This document shows, one piece after another, positions 38,886 to 51,531 of a DNA stretch of 64,000 nt. The position numbers and the translations under genes are program-made. Location of the stretch: positions 7,798,026-7,862,025 of the forward strand of contig NC_069005.1 of NCBI RefSeq assembly GCF_001194135.2. Reading direction: 5' to 3'. The notes under the pieces were generated by a model. That model worked only from the letters and a program-made list of their open reading frames with translations, was not told the origin of the DNA and made no database searches. How positions within the stretch are numbered: position 1 is the first letter of the stretch; every line of letters begins with the position of its first letter. Origin of the DNA: Octopus bimaculoides (taxonomy: Eukaryota).

Positions 38886-40211
38886 TGTTGATGATGATAA
38901 ATCCTTACGTATGTGTGTGTATAGAGTACGTTTCTAGAAATAAGTAACTTGCACGTTATTGATTGAAGACAAGAAGTAGATTTACCTTTAAACAAACACT
39001 TGCATTTTAATACTATTACACCTTATCAGAATACCTGGTTATCAGATAACATTACTGGACAATGCTCTCAAGCTGCTGGTTTCTGATTGGATAACGTCAT
39101 CAGAATAATGGGCTCCTGGTAGGTATTGTGAGCGTTCTCACTAGTGTAAGACACTGATACAAAAATGAGTTACTAAGCAAACAGTTGGTAGATAGAACAT
39201 GGGATTAGAAGAATACTAAACGGAGAGTTATGAGATGAGAAAGAACAAATCCACTGAATGATCCTCATCAACATCATTTAATGCTTGCTGTCCATGCTGG
39301 CATGGGTTGGATGATTTGACAACTGCTTTGGCATGGTTTCTATGGCTGTATGCTCTTCCTAACACCAACCACTTTACAGAATGTACTGGGTATATTTTTT
39401 TGTGACACCAACACTAGTGAGGTTGCCTTGCAATATGCAAAAACCAAAGGGACTAAAGGCGCCCCCTATCACTGGAGGAAGGATGTAATGATTTTCGGTA
39501 CAGTGATGAGAGAAACAGGTTTATAGCAGAATAAGATGAGGTGGTGGGAGTAAAGGTAGACACAATTGGTGGAAGGAGTATGTAAGGGACAAGGGATTAG
39601 TGAGAAGGGGAATCCAGGGCTATTTCACATAAAGGTACAAATGGAAGGTGTGTGTGGTGGAAGAGATGATGATATCTCTCAGACAAGATGACAAAGGACT
39701 GAGATACCTGGCACCTTGCTGTACTCAAGGAGACTCATCCTTCACAGCAGATGCACTTAGGCCAAAACCCCTGGTGAAGAAGATAGGCCTGCTAGAGTTT
39801 TGTACCGGTGCCATGTAGAAAGCACATGTTGCTGGTGCAGTGTCACATTAAAAGCCCACCCAGAACACATTGGAAAGTGGTTGGCATTAGGAAGGGCATC
39901 CAGCCATGGAAACCAAGCCAAATCAGACTAGAACTTGGTGCAGCTCTCCATGTTGCTAGCTCTGGTCCAACCGCCCAACCCATGCCAGCATGGAAAACTG
40001 ATGTTATAGGATGATGATGATAATCAAGAGTCACCAAAGGTAGAGGTGTGGAAGGTCTCGGGATTAGACCTGAAGGGGAGAGGACAGTGAGAAAAAGGCA
40101 GAAGGGAGGGAGAGAGAGAGAGTGTGGTGGTTGGCTTGTGAGCAAGTGTCGCAGGTAGTATTAAGTTGTGACAAGAGACATAAACAATGACAGGCTGAAA
40201 GTGATTATTAA

Positions 40212-40432
40212 CCCTTTAGCATTCAGATTACTCTGTCAAATGTAATGCTAATTTATTCACATTGTTTTGAATTAATCATGTATCACCTCATAGCTTCAAG
40301 GTTTTGATGATATGATTATTCATTTTTTAAAATGACATTATAGGGCAGGTTTGAGAGGTTGGGTCTGGTTGGTTTGAACATTAAACAGGTAGAATGTTCT
40401 TGTTGGATACGGCCAGTTTAAATGCTAAAGGA
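40212..40432. mobile_element. piggyBac-type MITE (TTAA|CCCTTTAGCATT...AATGCTAAAGG); related copies 16866-17100, ~24075-24240, ~25060-25245, 32240-32460, 36715-36902, 63542-63732
   Basis: CCC...GG(G) termini with inverted repeats and TTAA-like flanks; the same internal sequence recurs in several copies. Confidence 0.75.
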
Positions 40433-43400
40433 TTGAAGTAAAGAGATGGATGAAGATGGGGAAGGCCTAGTGAAGGAAAGTGGATGTAGTGATTGGGGGT
40501 GGTATAAGGGTGAATATTCATAAGTGGTGGAAAGATAAGATATGGAGGGGTATGAGAGATAGTGAGAATACACACTCCACCCCACTTTGCACAACCAGTT
40601 ATCTCCCCCACCCATTAGAACCACTCTCTTTTAAAAGCCATCCTTTGTTTTCAATATTGTCTTTTCCCAATTTATTCTCCATTGATTATCATGTTCTATA
40701 TCTCCAGTTATCTCTCCCTCTCCTCTGAGCTACACTTTAAGATGGCTTTACCCCATCTTCAATCCTCTCTTTTACTTCCTAACATTCTCATCCCACATCT
40801 GCTGTCAACGGCTTCCTCCCATGCACTATAGTCATCCCTGCATACTTCTGACATCCATCTCTGTCACTGTACACCTCACTCTTTCTCGCCCACACCCACT
40901 CTCTCACCTTGCACACCATCTCCCTATTTTGAGCTACGTACAGGTTTATTATATTGCTGCTCTCTACCTTTCCTGCACTACCACTTATCAATTCCAACTT
41001 CCTGGATCACTCCTGTTTCCTTCACTTTTCCTGTTCCATACTGATATTTACCATTCACTACATTCACCTTTACACCCATCTCTAACCACCTGTTACTTTC
41101 TTCTAATGAACATACCCACCTACCCTCCCTGACTTTTTTGGTATTCTCTCATACTCACCTTGTATTTTTACAGTACATTCTGACACCTTGTCAGCACCAT
41201 CATTGTCGTCTTTCCTGCAACTCTGACCCACCCTTAATACAGGATAGCTATGTATCTCCTCTACAGCAAGATACTTGTGCCTGTCACGTTACACTTTAGC
41301 TTTTCAATTCGTGGCATAAAGCCACCTCCCACTTCATTGCAACCCCACTCAATTGGGGTGGGTGGGAGATCTTTGTCTTGCAAGTTTCTTGACAGCCTCA
41401 CTAGTGCCAGTGCTATGAAAAAAAAAGCACCCAGTATAGCCTCTAAAGTGACTGGCATTAGGAAAGGCATCCAGTCATACCAAAACAAACACTGAAGTTT
41501 GATGCAGTCCTCTAGCTCTTTGGATCTTGTCAAACCATCCAACCCATGCCAGCATGGAAGACAGATGTTAAACAATGATGATGATAGGCTTCCTACAGTT
41601 TCAGTCCACGAAGCATTGGTTAGCCCAGGAACTGTAACAGAAGACACTTGCCTGAGGTACAGTGTAGTGGGACTGAACCTGAAACTACATAGTTATGAAG
41701 CGAACTTCTTAACCACACAGCCATGCCCAATTCGCTAAATATAGATCAATGAAATAAGAGTTCGGCAGATTACTAAGTTTGATAAATATCAACAAAAAAG
41801 CAATGAAAGCAATGCCCCAGTATGGCAGAGGCCAATGATTAAGATCAGCAAAAAAAAAAAAAAACGCCTTTTTTTTTTGGTAACAGTATCTATACATCAT
41901 GATTTAATATTTAATCCTTGTCCACCCTGCTGGGTGGTTGGTGTTAGGAAGAGCATCCAGCTGTAAAAACTGTGCCAAAACAAACACAGAAGTCTGGTGT
42001 AGGCTCCTGTCAGACCCTCCAACTCATGCCAGCATGGAAGGCGGATGTTAAACGATGATGATGCAAGAAGGCATTTTGGAATGACATTCTCAGTATCTCT
42101 TCTAGTTTTTGTCAAAACCCAACCCGTGATGTCTGTTGTCCCTCATTGCTATTCCATGACCAGGACACATATTTAATTCACAGTTCCACACAACCCTGCA
42201 GTTCCTTTCTCCCAGACTGGTGAAATTAACACGGCTCATGTTGAGTTGCAACATGTGTAAGCCAGTGTCCACAGGGAAAACATGGGCAGAGCATATCCAC
42301 ATGACACTGCCACCAATTCCAACTCCAACTCAGAGCTGGCAAATCAACAAAGGAAGCTCTATGTGGTTGTTCAACTAGATACAAAAAAAATAGCAACCAA
42401 ATTACTCACAAATCACACCTGATTATCCACCATCTTGAGAAAAGGAAGGATACATTGTACAGTTTAGCTCTAGATATATAAAGATAAGATGGTCACAGCT
42501 GGAATGCTTCTAATGTAGGTCTACAGGGTGGGTGCTAACTCAGAGCTAAATAACTAAGAGCTGCTCTTAATCAGAAGAGTTTTATCATTACAAAAGGTTG
42601 TCTCTGTCCATATAAACTCTTTCTCTCTCTTCAGCCTTTGGACTGCAGCCATGGTGGGGCATCACTTTCAAGGGATCTTTTTAGCTTGGTGCTTATTTCA
42701 TTGTCCTTAATTTACTAAACAGTCCTGAGTATGACTGCATCTGGTAGCAGGGCCCAGGCTTGGAAGTCCTAGGGTTGTTCAGGAGTGTGGGACCATCTCT
42801 TAGTTACTATTGTTCCCATGTCAACTCTGACTCAGAGTGGTAGCACTTCTCAGGGTCACAGTTATGGGTTAATTAGCATATTAGGGTTTTGCCTACCTAT
42901 GCATGTGAAGACTGCACCTGGCAGACTCTGCAGAAGATACCTTCATGGTTCAGTACAGAAGAAGGCAGCTGCAGCAATGCATGGCGGAGTGCAGAGAGCA
43001 AGATGAGACAAGTAAGACATCTTTGTCATCCACAGCATCCAACTCCATCCCTAATTGTCTTGACCTGGTCTTACCACTGGATTGAAGATGCTCATGGATG
43101 AGTGAGTGAGGTTGATGGTGTGCAACTCTTTTCTTTAAACAAAGTTACTACATAAGTCATCTTTGAAGGCCATGTCCCATCATTGCAGAGCCCAGTGATT
43201 GAGACCAGTAAAAAAAATACTTCTGTCTTCGTAACAGTAACTGCTACGTGTCATGATTTTAATGATATTTAACCAGGTGTGGCTGTATGGTAAGAAGCCT
43301 GCTTCCCAACCACATGGTCCCAGATTCAGTTCCATTGTGTGGCACCCTGGGTAAGTGTTTTCTATTATAGCCTCGGGTTGACTAAAGCCTTGTGAGTGGA

Positions 43401-44275
43401 TTTGGTAGATGGAAACTGAAAGAAGCCCATCATATATATCTAGATGTGTCTTTCTATTTGTCCCTCCACCACCGCTTGACAACTAGTGTTGGTGTGTTTG
43501 CGTTGTCGTAACTTAGCAGTTCGGCGAAAAGAGACCAGCAGAATAAGTACCAGGCTTAAAAAATAAGTACTGGGGTCGATTCAATTGACTAAAAATTCAA
43601 GGTGGTGCCCCAGCATGGTTGCAGTCTAATGACTGAAACAAGTAAAAGATAAAAAGATCCCAATGAAAGAAGGCCTTTTGAACTGATGTTTTCAGTACCT
43701 CTTCTAGTTTTTGCTGAAATCCACCTAGTCCCCCATTGCTATTCCATTATCAGGGCACATATTTAACTCATGGTTCCACCCAATTATTATGTAACTCATG
43801 TCGAGCTGACCCATCTGTAAGTCAGTGTCCATGGGGAAAACATGGGCAGAGTATCTCTGCATGACACTGCCTCCAACTCAGAACAGGCAAATCAACAAAA
43901 GAACCCCAGCAGACTAATCGTCCCAATAGAAATTATCCTGCCCTCACTCATCAACAATCTACGTTGCAGGTCACCTTGTTACCTGACTGATAAATGGTAA
44001 CCAACCAATTTAATATCTGTCCTATGCCTTTATTCTGTGAAACCTCTACTAAGTCCCTTCGTTCATCATTTTGTCATACGAAATATCACATGTAGCAAAG
44101 AAACGCTGAGTAGCGACAAAGTGAATATCAATCAACATTGAATGACTGAATTCAATACATGACATGTATTGAAAATTGCTTCTCCTGTTTGTTAACCTAA
44201 ACGTATATATTTATAGTAGCCAGTCTTGAATATGTTCCAATTCTATGCTGCTGAGAGGAGGAATTAATGTTATGT

Positions 44276-44598
44276 ATACTGTTTATATTAGTCGGACTGA
44301 TGCCTTCGTCTTGAATGTTACTTTCACTCCGCTTTGGCTGTTGTATGCTCCAGCCTCCATCAGGTGTCTTGTACTGAACTTGGTTGTTGTACGGGAATTT
44401 CAAACCCAACCCTTTACAGCGAGCAGAATGAGAACAGTGTATCCTGCAGATCAAATAAAGGGGTTAAGTTCAAAATTCCAATACAACAACCGGGTTCAAC
44501 ACAAGACACCAGAAGACTGGAGTGTACAACAGCTGAAACAGAGTGAAGGTAACTAACAATCAAGTTGAGGACACCAGTCCGACTAATATAAACAGTAT
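44276..44598. mobile_element. Inverted pair of ~140-bp Penelope-like terminal repeats
   Basis: Arm 44276-44413 is an imperfect reverse complement of 44458-44598; both carry degenerate hammerhead-like cores. Confidence 0.6.
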
Positions 44599-46931
44599 CC
44601 TTGATCATATTATTTAGCACCAAATCAGCGCCGTTCAAGCAGATCAAAGGCTTTCCAGCCATGACCACTATGTCTTGATTTCGGGATTAGTGCATCTATG
44701 ACTAAATTATCCGATATTTTCTTTTCCTTTTCTAAAGTGGTAGGGTGTGATTTGAAAGAGATTTTGGCTGCTATATCTAGCAGGATAAGTGACCACAGTG
44801 GCTCTCTTCAGTTAGCTTGCTTCTCTTGCTTTAGTTCACTTATCTGTAAAAAAAGACTTTCTTCCCAAAAAAGTTTTGTCTTTGTCACAATATTTTTTTT
44901 AACAAATATCAAATTCCACTCCCTGACTTTGATTTTTGAGGGAGGTTAACAAAAATTTTAATGTTATTCTAGGTTTCCAGTTGTTTAAAATGTTCTCAAG
45001 TCGACAGTATCAAATTGATATCATCCACTAATTTTTCTTCACCTTTCCATAACTCCTTTTTTTTTTTTTTTTTAAAAAAGGATAAGCTTTAAAATTTATT
45101 TTGCTGAGGAGGCTTTCAAGATTTTTTGGTTGATTGTTGCTATACATTGGTTCCAAGCCAAACTTGATTGAGCAAATCTCTGATACAGGTGATTCCAGAC
45201 ATGATCACACCATCTTTTTTAAACATTGGGGTGCAACGTATTTTTTCTTCTTTCTATTTTTTAAACATGTAGTGTGTGATTTGAAGTAAATTTAACTGCT
45301 GTTTCTAACATATTGAGTGACTGCATAAAAGATCCTTCGCTTGGCAAGTTTATTTTTTCAGTTATTTCATTCTGTATCATCTCCGATTGAGCAGATCTGA
45401 TTCAAGGCGCTCCAACCACGAACATCCCACCTATTTGGTATATCAGGGACTACATTGTCTAATGTACCGTTCCTTTGACTGATTGGTGGTAATAATTTGA
45501 GGGAAATTTACTTGCTATTTCTAGTAGGTCAAGTGACTGCGTCGAAGCTCTCAAGATAATGCCCGTTTTCAGATAAACAATTTTCAATTTCTCTGGTCGT
45601 TGATTAAAAAAAATTTTTTTTTTAAATTTATTTAAACTGTGCAATGTAGTTAATAAACAATATTATTTATCCCAAAAGGCTATCCTCACGTTAAGTCGTT
45701 TATTTCTTTGAAGGTCTTTCTGTTTCAAGTTTTGCTTTGGTGACGCCAGTTTGTCATTTTATATGAAGGTAATACGAACTGAAAACTTCGGTCAAATCCA
45801 CATATCAAAAGAATCTGATCATATATCTCTGATCGTATCAAGGTAGTTTATATATTTTTTTCTCTCCTGTTCGATGACTACAAATCTATTTTTTCCTTCT
45901 TCTTCAATAAGAGTATATTTCATATTTCTTTTAAAATAAAATCTTATAAATTTTCTATATGTATAAATATATTCTTGAAATAGTGAAATGCAATACAAAA
46001 TATTTTTCATCTATTGTTTCAAATTAAGACTGAGTAATTAATAAAATAAACTTTAAAATTTGTGTAAGTATATATATATATATTTTCAAAACGTAATTGT
46101 CCGTCTCATTTCTTTTTGATTCACACGAAGAAAATAATGCTTAGATATATATTTTTGCTTCTTAAAAAAAAAAAAAAATACGGTTGGACAATTACCTATA
46201 TTTATGCATATACATGTGTGTGTTTGTGTGCGTTTATATATACATATATATATATTTCAATGACATTTTCTTCGTCAGCATTTAATAACGAAGTAGAAAA
46301 ACAATATTTTTGTTTTTATCCAGGTTTCCCATTATTTTTCGACACAAATGTATAATATATATATATATATATTTATATATATAAATTCACACATACACAT
46401 ATATATATATGCGTATGTGTGATGTGTGTATGTATCGACGTGTGAATGTTGGACAGCAAAGAGAGAGAGCGATTGGCGTTTTAAAAGGTCGCTTCAATTA
46501 TTCAAACATGAAACAAATAAATCCGAGTAGTTTTAGAACATTTTTTGTAATATTATATTTCTTCGCTTTGTCTTATTTTTCGCATTCGAACAAATAGGTT
46601 ATGGACAAAAATTCAAATTTTGGAAAAAAAAAAGCTTTTTTATGGATTGGACGACGGAGATTTGAAGTGAGTATCGCAAAGAGTTGAAACGGAATCTTTA
46701 GCTTAGTTCTTCCTTCCCATGTGCCGCTTGTTTGTCGGTGTTAAAAGTGCTTACACGGTAGGGAGGCTTACCAAATATCAAACTAATACAGCTTTCACAT
46801 TAGAAGAGAGAGAGGGAAGTAAAATAAAATCTCAGCGAAACTTGTTAAGAATGCTAAATCAAATATAAATGGCTCGTTCGTGGCTACGACAATGAGAAAA
46901 TAATATAATAAACATTTTGTAATAAACTCAC

Positions 46932-46945
46932 GTTAACGGATTCAT
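46932..46945 (-). CDS. RBMX2: RBMX2 coding exon 1 (ATG AAT CCG TTA AC = MNPLT)
   Basis: MNPLT is the conserved RBMX2 N-terminus; donor AC|GTGAGT at 46931; phase 2 joins G AAT GTG of exon 2 across a 21,196-bp intron. Confidence 0.92.
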
Positions 46946-47094
46946 CGTTTGGCCGCCATTTGCTAACAACAACTTACCGACTTCCGGAAGAAGAATAACA
47001 AAAACTTTTTTTTTTTTCAACATTTCAAACATAAATTGTATAATAATACTTATTAGTAAACATATTGAATACGATTAATTGAAAAAACAATCCT
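46946..47094. promoter_or_regulatory. Bidirectional promoter region RBMX2/ERICH6-like, with a putative non-coding first exon of the plus-strand gene
   Basis: YY1-like GCCGCCATTT (46952-46961), palindromic ETS-like CTTCCGGAAG (46981-46990) and a plus-strand donor CCT|GTAAGT at 47095. Confidence 0.6.
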
Positions 47095-49043
47095 GTAAGT
47101 CATATTAATATTCCAACAAACAAACATACAAAATTTTGAATGAAAGCAATGTCGTAATAACCTCATCTGGTTTTACGGTAAGCATCACCGTTACCCATGG
47201 CAGCAACAAATACAATAATGGACAGGCACCACTTATACAACAAGCATTGAATTTGATCCTGAGTAGTGTAGTAATTTAGCGGTAAGTAACCTCTCATATC
47301 ACGCGGAAAATTGGCGTTTGATTCCCTGCCAAGGAGGTGTCTGAAGCTTTGAGTCAACCAAGAAGCCTTTACGATATCTTATTGTCCATTCTACTATATT
47401 TCATTCACATCTTGGATGGCATTAGGGCTATAAAATCGACTTACTACTTGACTGCTAATTTTATTTTGCCAACTACCAGAAGAATAGAGTGACGTAACCA
47501 AACAGAAGGTATTGTCTTCAACGCTCTCATGCTTCTGGTAGTACCTCGGCTGTTCTTGATCCGCTAGTAATAGCAACTGAATCTCCTTAAAATTACACAA
47601 TACTGTCTTTGAAATGAAAAAAGGTAAAAATACAACATACCTACACAACTGTGCCCCAGATCAACTCTCATCTAGCATAACTTATGGTTAAAGCCTTTCC
47701 AGCCGTGATCATCCCGTCTTGTGTGGTGTATATTTTGGACTACATTATCCAATGTATTTTTTGCCTACCTACGCAAGTGTGTTCCCCACCGATTTTGTTT
47801 CCTCATAACTTCTAGAAAATGGATATTTCTTTAATGCAAATTTTTTATAAATATGCTTCAGATAGTGCAGATTCTGATAATATCGGAATTTGTTGTGAAA
47901 AAATTCATCCGAGGGTGGGGAGGGGAGTTTCTGAAAATTCACGAAAATCAGCTTTGTTTTCTCCTAACTTTCAGAAAAATGGTTATTTTCTCTTGTGAAA
48001 TTTTCTACAAATACCATTACGATGGTATTATATTACGATTATATCAGAATTTAATATGAGAAAAAAAGAAAAAAAAAAGAAAAGAAAATGATAGGCTCGC
48101 ACACATACATCTTTGACACATCAAAAATGAAACTTGAAATATCGAAAAAGTTGTAATGTGTGTCAATATGCATCGCGAACTTTTTTTTTTTCATATCGAA
48201 TTCCAATATAATCATAATCGACACCCTCATCGTGGTAAGAAGCTTGTTTCCCAATCACAGGGCAAGTGTCTTCTGCTATAGCCTCAGGCCTTGTGAATGG
48301 ATTTGGTAGAAGGAAACTGAAAGAAACTCGCCGTATCTATATGTGTATATTTATGTGTGTGTTTTTGTGTTTGCTCCTGCCCGACCGCTTGCTTGACAAC
48401 CTGCGTTTATTTGTTTATGTCCCCTATGTTAGCGGTTCAACAAAAAGAGGACAATAAAATAAGCAATGGGATCCATTTATGTAGCACCTGCATGTGTGTA
48501 ATTTGTGTGGCGCTGGCACCTGAAAAGGACAAGCCTGTATGTATGGATGACAGCGATTTGACTTCGCTCGACGTGCCCAGCCATAGAAATCAAATCTAAG
48601 TACAAGTGTAAGCATCAGAGATTAATTATACTACGAGAAGCATCTAAACTCCGAGGTTGTACAATAACAACAACAATCATGAGCATCTACGCTTTAAGAC
48701 TACAGTGGCTGTTGGTAAGAAGTTTACTTCCCAACCACATGGTTCCAGGTTCAATCCCACTGTGTGACAACTTAGGCACGTGTCTTCTGCTTTAGCCCCA
48801 GACTGACTAAAACTTTTTGGGTGGATTTGGTAGACAGAAACTGAACGAAGCCTGTCATATATATGTATATATCATCATCATCATCATCATCATCATCATT
48901 TAACATCAGCTTTCCATGTTGCTTGGGTTGGATGGTTTGACAGGAGCTGACCAGGCAGAAGACTGCACAAGGGTTCAGTGTCTGTTTTAGTATGTTTTTT
49001 TGTTTTTGTTTTTTACAGCTGGATGTCCTTCCTAACACCAATC

Positions 49044-49075
<32 letters not shown>

Positions 49076-49400
49076 CTCATGTATGTATATGCATATACGT
49101 GTGTTACAGCTGCCTTGACATTTCCTGATACTTGTAAGTGAGTGTCACCGTGATGCAAGTGGTGTCCTTTGTTCCAAATCTTCCTTGAAAACATGTCTGG
49201 TGATGAGAAATTCTTCCTTACTAGGAAAGAGATGAGGATTGGTAACTGGAAGGATATCCAGCCAGAGAAAAATTCACCTCAACATAATTCTATCCAACCT
49301 ATGCAAGCGTAGAAAAGTGGATTTTAAAACGATGACAGTGGTGATGACAATTTCATGCTTTTCTTATATTTTCAGTATTAAAGATTGCATATCATAAATA

Positions 49401-49504
49401 ATGGATATTAGCAGCAATTGTTCCAGTGAAGCAGACGCCATACAAGAGGAACTGGTGGAGATGGAAGATTCTGATGATGCTCAGAGTAATGAAGAGAAAT
49501 CTAT
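49401..49504 (+). CDS. ERICH6: ERICH6/FAM194-family protein, first coding exon (MDISSNCSSEADAIQEELVEMEDSDDAQSNEEKS)
   Basis: Acceptor at 49375, ATG at 49401, donor AT|GTGAGT at 49505; acidic N-terminus; phase chains through the downstream exons. Confidence 0.75.
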
Positions 49505-49820
49505 GTGAGTTCATTTGTAAAATTGATATTTATTTTTGAATTCATTAGTTTTATTCTGTGAAGTTTAGCATTATTGATTTTATTTGTGTACTTCGTTAGT
49601 AAAATGGTTAATGTTGTTATGAAATAGTCTCTGAGAGCCTTTGTATGATAATGCTGGTTTCAAATTTTGGCACAAGGTTAGCAATTTGGGGAAGCAGGTG
49701 TAAGTCGATTACATTGACCTACCCCACCCCATCCCCCACTCAGTGCTCAACAGGTACTTAAACACCAAAAGGATGAAAGGCAAAGTCAACCCCAGTGGCA
49801 TTTGAACTCAGAATGCTGTT

Positions 49821-50202
49821 GTTGTTGGCACTCCGTCGCTTATGATGTCGAGAGTTCCAGTTGATCCGATCAACGGAACAGCCTGCTTGTGAAATTAACG
49901 TGCAAGTGGCTGAGCACTCCACAGACACGTGTACCTTTAACATAGTTCTCGGGGATATTCAGCGTGACACAGTGTGACAAGGCTGGCCCTTTGAATGACA
50001 GGCACAACAGAAACAGGAAGAAAGAGTGAGAGAAAGTTGTGGTGGAAGAGTACAGCAGGGTTCACCACTACCCCCTGCCGGAGCCTCGTGGAGCTTTAGG
50101 TGTTTTCGCTCGATAAACACTCACAACGCCCGGTCTGGGAATGGAAACCGCGATCCTATGACCGCGAGTCCGCTGCCCTAACCACTGGGCCATTGTGCCT
50201 CC
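49821..50202 (-). mobile_element. tRNA-derived SINE family D, well preserved and CpG-rich
   Basis: Minus-strand head TGGCCCAGTGGTTAGGGCAGCGGACTCGCGGTC...GGTTTCCATTCCC and an (AAC)n tail. Confidence 0.8.
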
Positions 50203-50905
50203 ACTCTCAGAATGCAAACACTAACAAAATACTATTAAGCATTTTGCTAATGTTTCTGCCAGCTTGCTATCTTTGTAAATGACATTGGCTTCAAATTTTG
50301 GCGCAAGGGGAGGGGTAAGTCAGTTACAGTGTTCAACCGGTACTTATTTTATTGACCCTGAAAGGACAAAAGGCAAAGTCGACCTTAGCAGAATTGATAC
50401 TCAGATCATAAAAATGGATGAAACACTGTGAAGCATTATTTCCAACATGCTAATGATTCTGCCAGCTCACCACCTTTATATAATAATATTGACAAAACTT
50501 CATCACAATGGCTAGGGTTTTCTTTTGTGAAACAGAAAATATTTATATATTTTAATTCATTCTTAATATAAAAACCATGTCAAAGCAAGCAGTCCTTGAC
50601 TCTATCAAATCCTGTCAAACTGTTGCACCCATGCCAGCCTGGAACATGGATATTAAACGTCAATATATATAGGTGAAGAAAGTTTGGGAAAATAGTTATT
50701 GTACAATTGATTATTAAAAAGAAAAAAAAATTCCATATAATATCCCAAGGGGTTTAATTCAAGCTGTAAAGGATTTGAGAAAGGATTATGTTGCATTATG
50801 ACACTAATCAGTCGACTCTGTTTTTCTGATAGATGGCTTTTTCAAGTTCATATGATGATGTTGATGATTATTATGACTTATTTATTATTGATCTACCTAT
50901 TGTAG

Positions 50906-51021
50906 TAGTCTGGCCCCAGGGAGCCCAGAGAGTTCAATGGATGAAGGAGAAAAGGAAGATCTGCTGGATTTGGAACCCAGTTCAGCAACAGATGAGAATA
51001 TTCTAGCATCTGCCAGAGAAA
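50906..51021 (+). CDS. ERICH6: ERICH6-like exon (SLAPGSPESSMDEGEKEDLLDLEPSSATDENILASARE)
   Basis: Tandem acceptor TAG/TAG (exon start 50906 or 50909), donor A|GTTAGT at 51022; phase 2 to phase 1. Confidence 0.75.
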
Positions 51022-51475
51022 GTTAGTATCGGAATTTTTATTTCTTCTTCATTGATTGGGTCTAGCACAGTGATGTATGGCCCTTGGGGGGGGGGGTCCA
51101 GAAAAGGCTTTTGTTGCTAAAATTTATGTGCAATAAATTGGTTATGTTTCTATGATACACAAAAAGTTTTAACAATTTTTTAAAATGCAATTCCTAATAA
51201 TATTTGATTACAAAAATATAATAAGATTTCTTCAAACATTGCTTGCCTATCCCTACTTAGAATGAGGAAGAATTGGATAATATAGTTTTACATAGTAAAA
51301 ACAAAAAAACCTGGGTAACCGTGGATGGAATATCTGTGAATAAAGGTCTGTTTAATCATCATTCACTCGTGGCTGATCTGGGGCTAAGCTACTGGACAAC
51401 ATTAATAATAATACTAACATTTAGCTTGAGTAATTCATGACATAAACACACCATTTCATCACTGTAATTTTTCAG

Positions 51476-51531
51476 GTGGGAATTTTGAAAGTGAAATGCA
51501 ACAATCCTTCAACACTGTGATGTCTGATGAG
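51476..51531 (+). CDS. ERICH6: ERICH6-like exon (GNFESEMQQSFNTVMSDE)
   Basis: ttttcAG acceptor, GAG|GTAAAA donor; 56 nt; phase 1 to phase 0. Confidence 0.7.

Noticed and set aside
39075-39110. CTGATGA...GAAA on the minus strand
   Set aside because: No stem II, stem I or cleavage-site pairing; consistent with a chance match.
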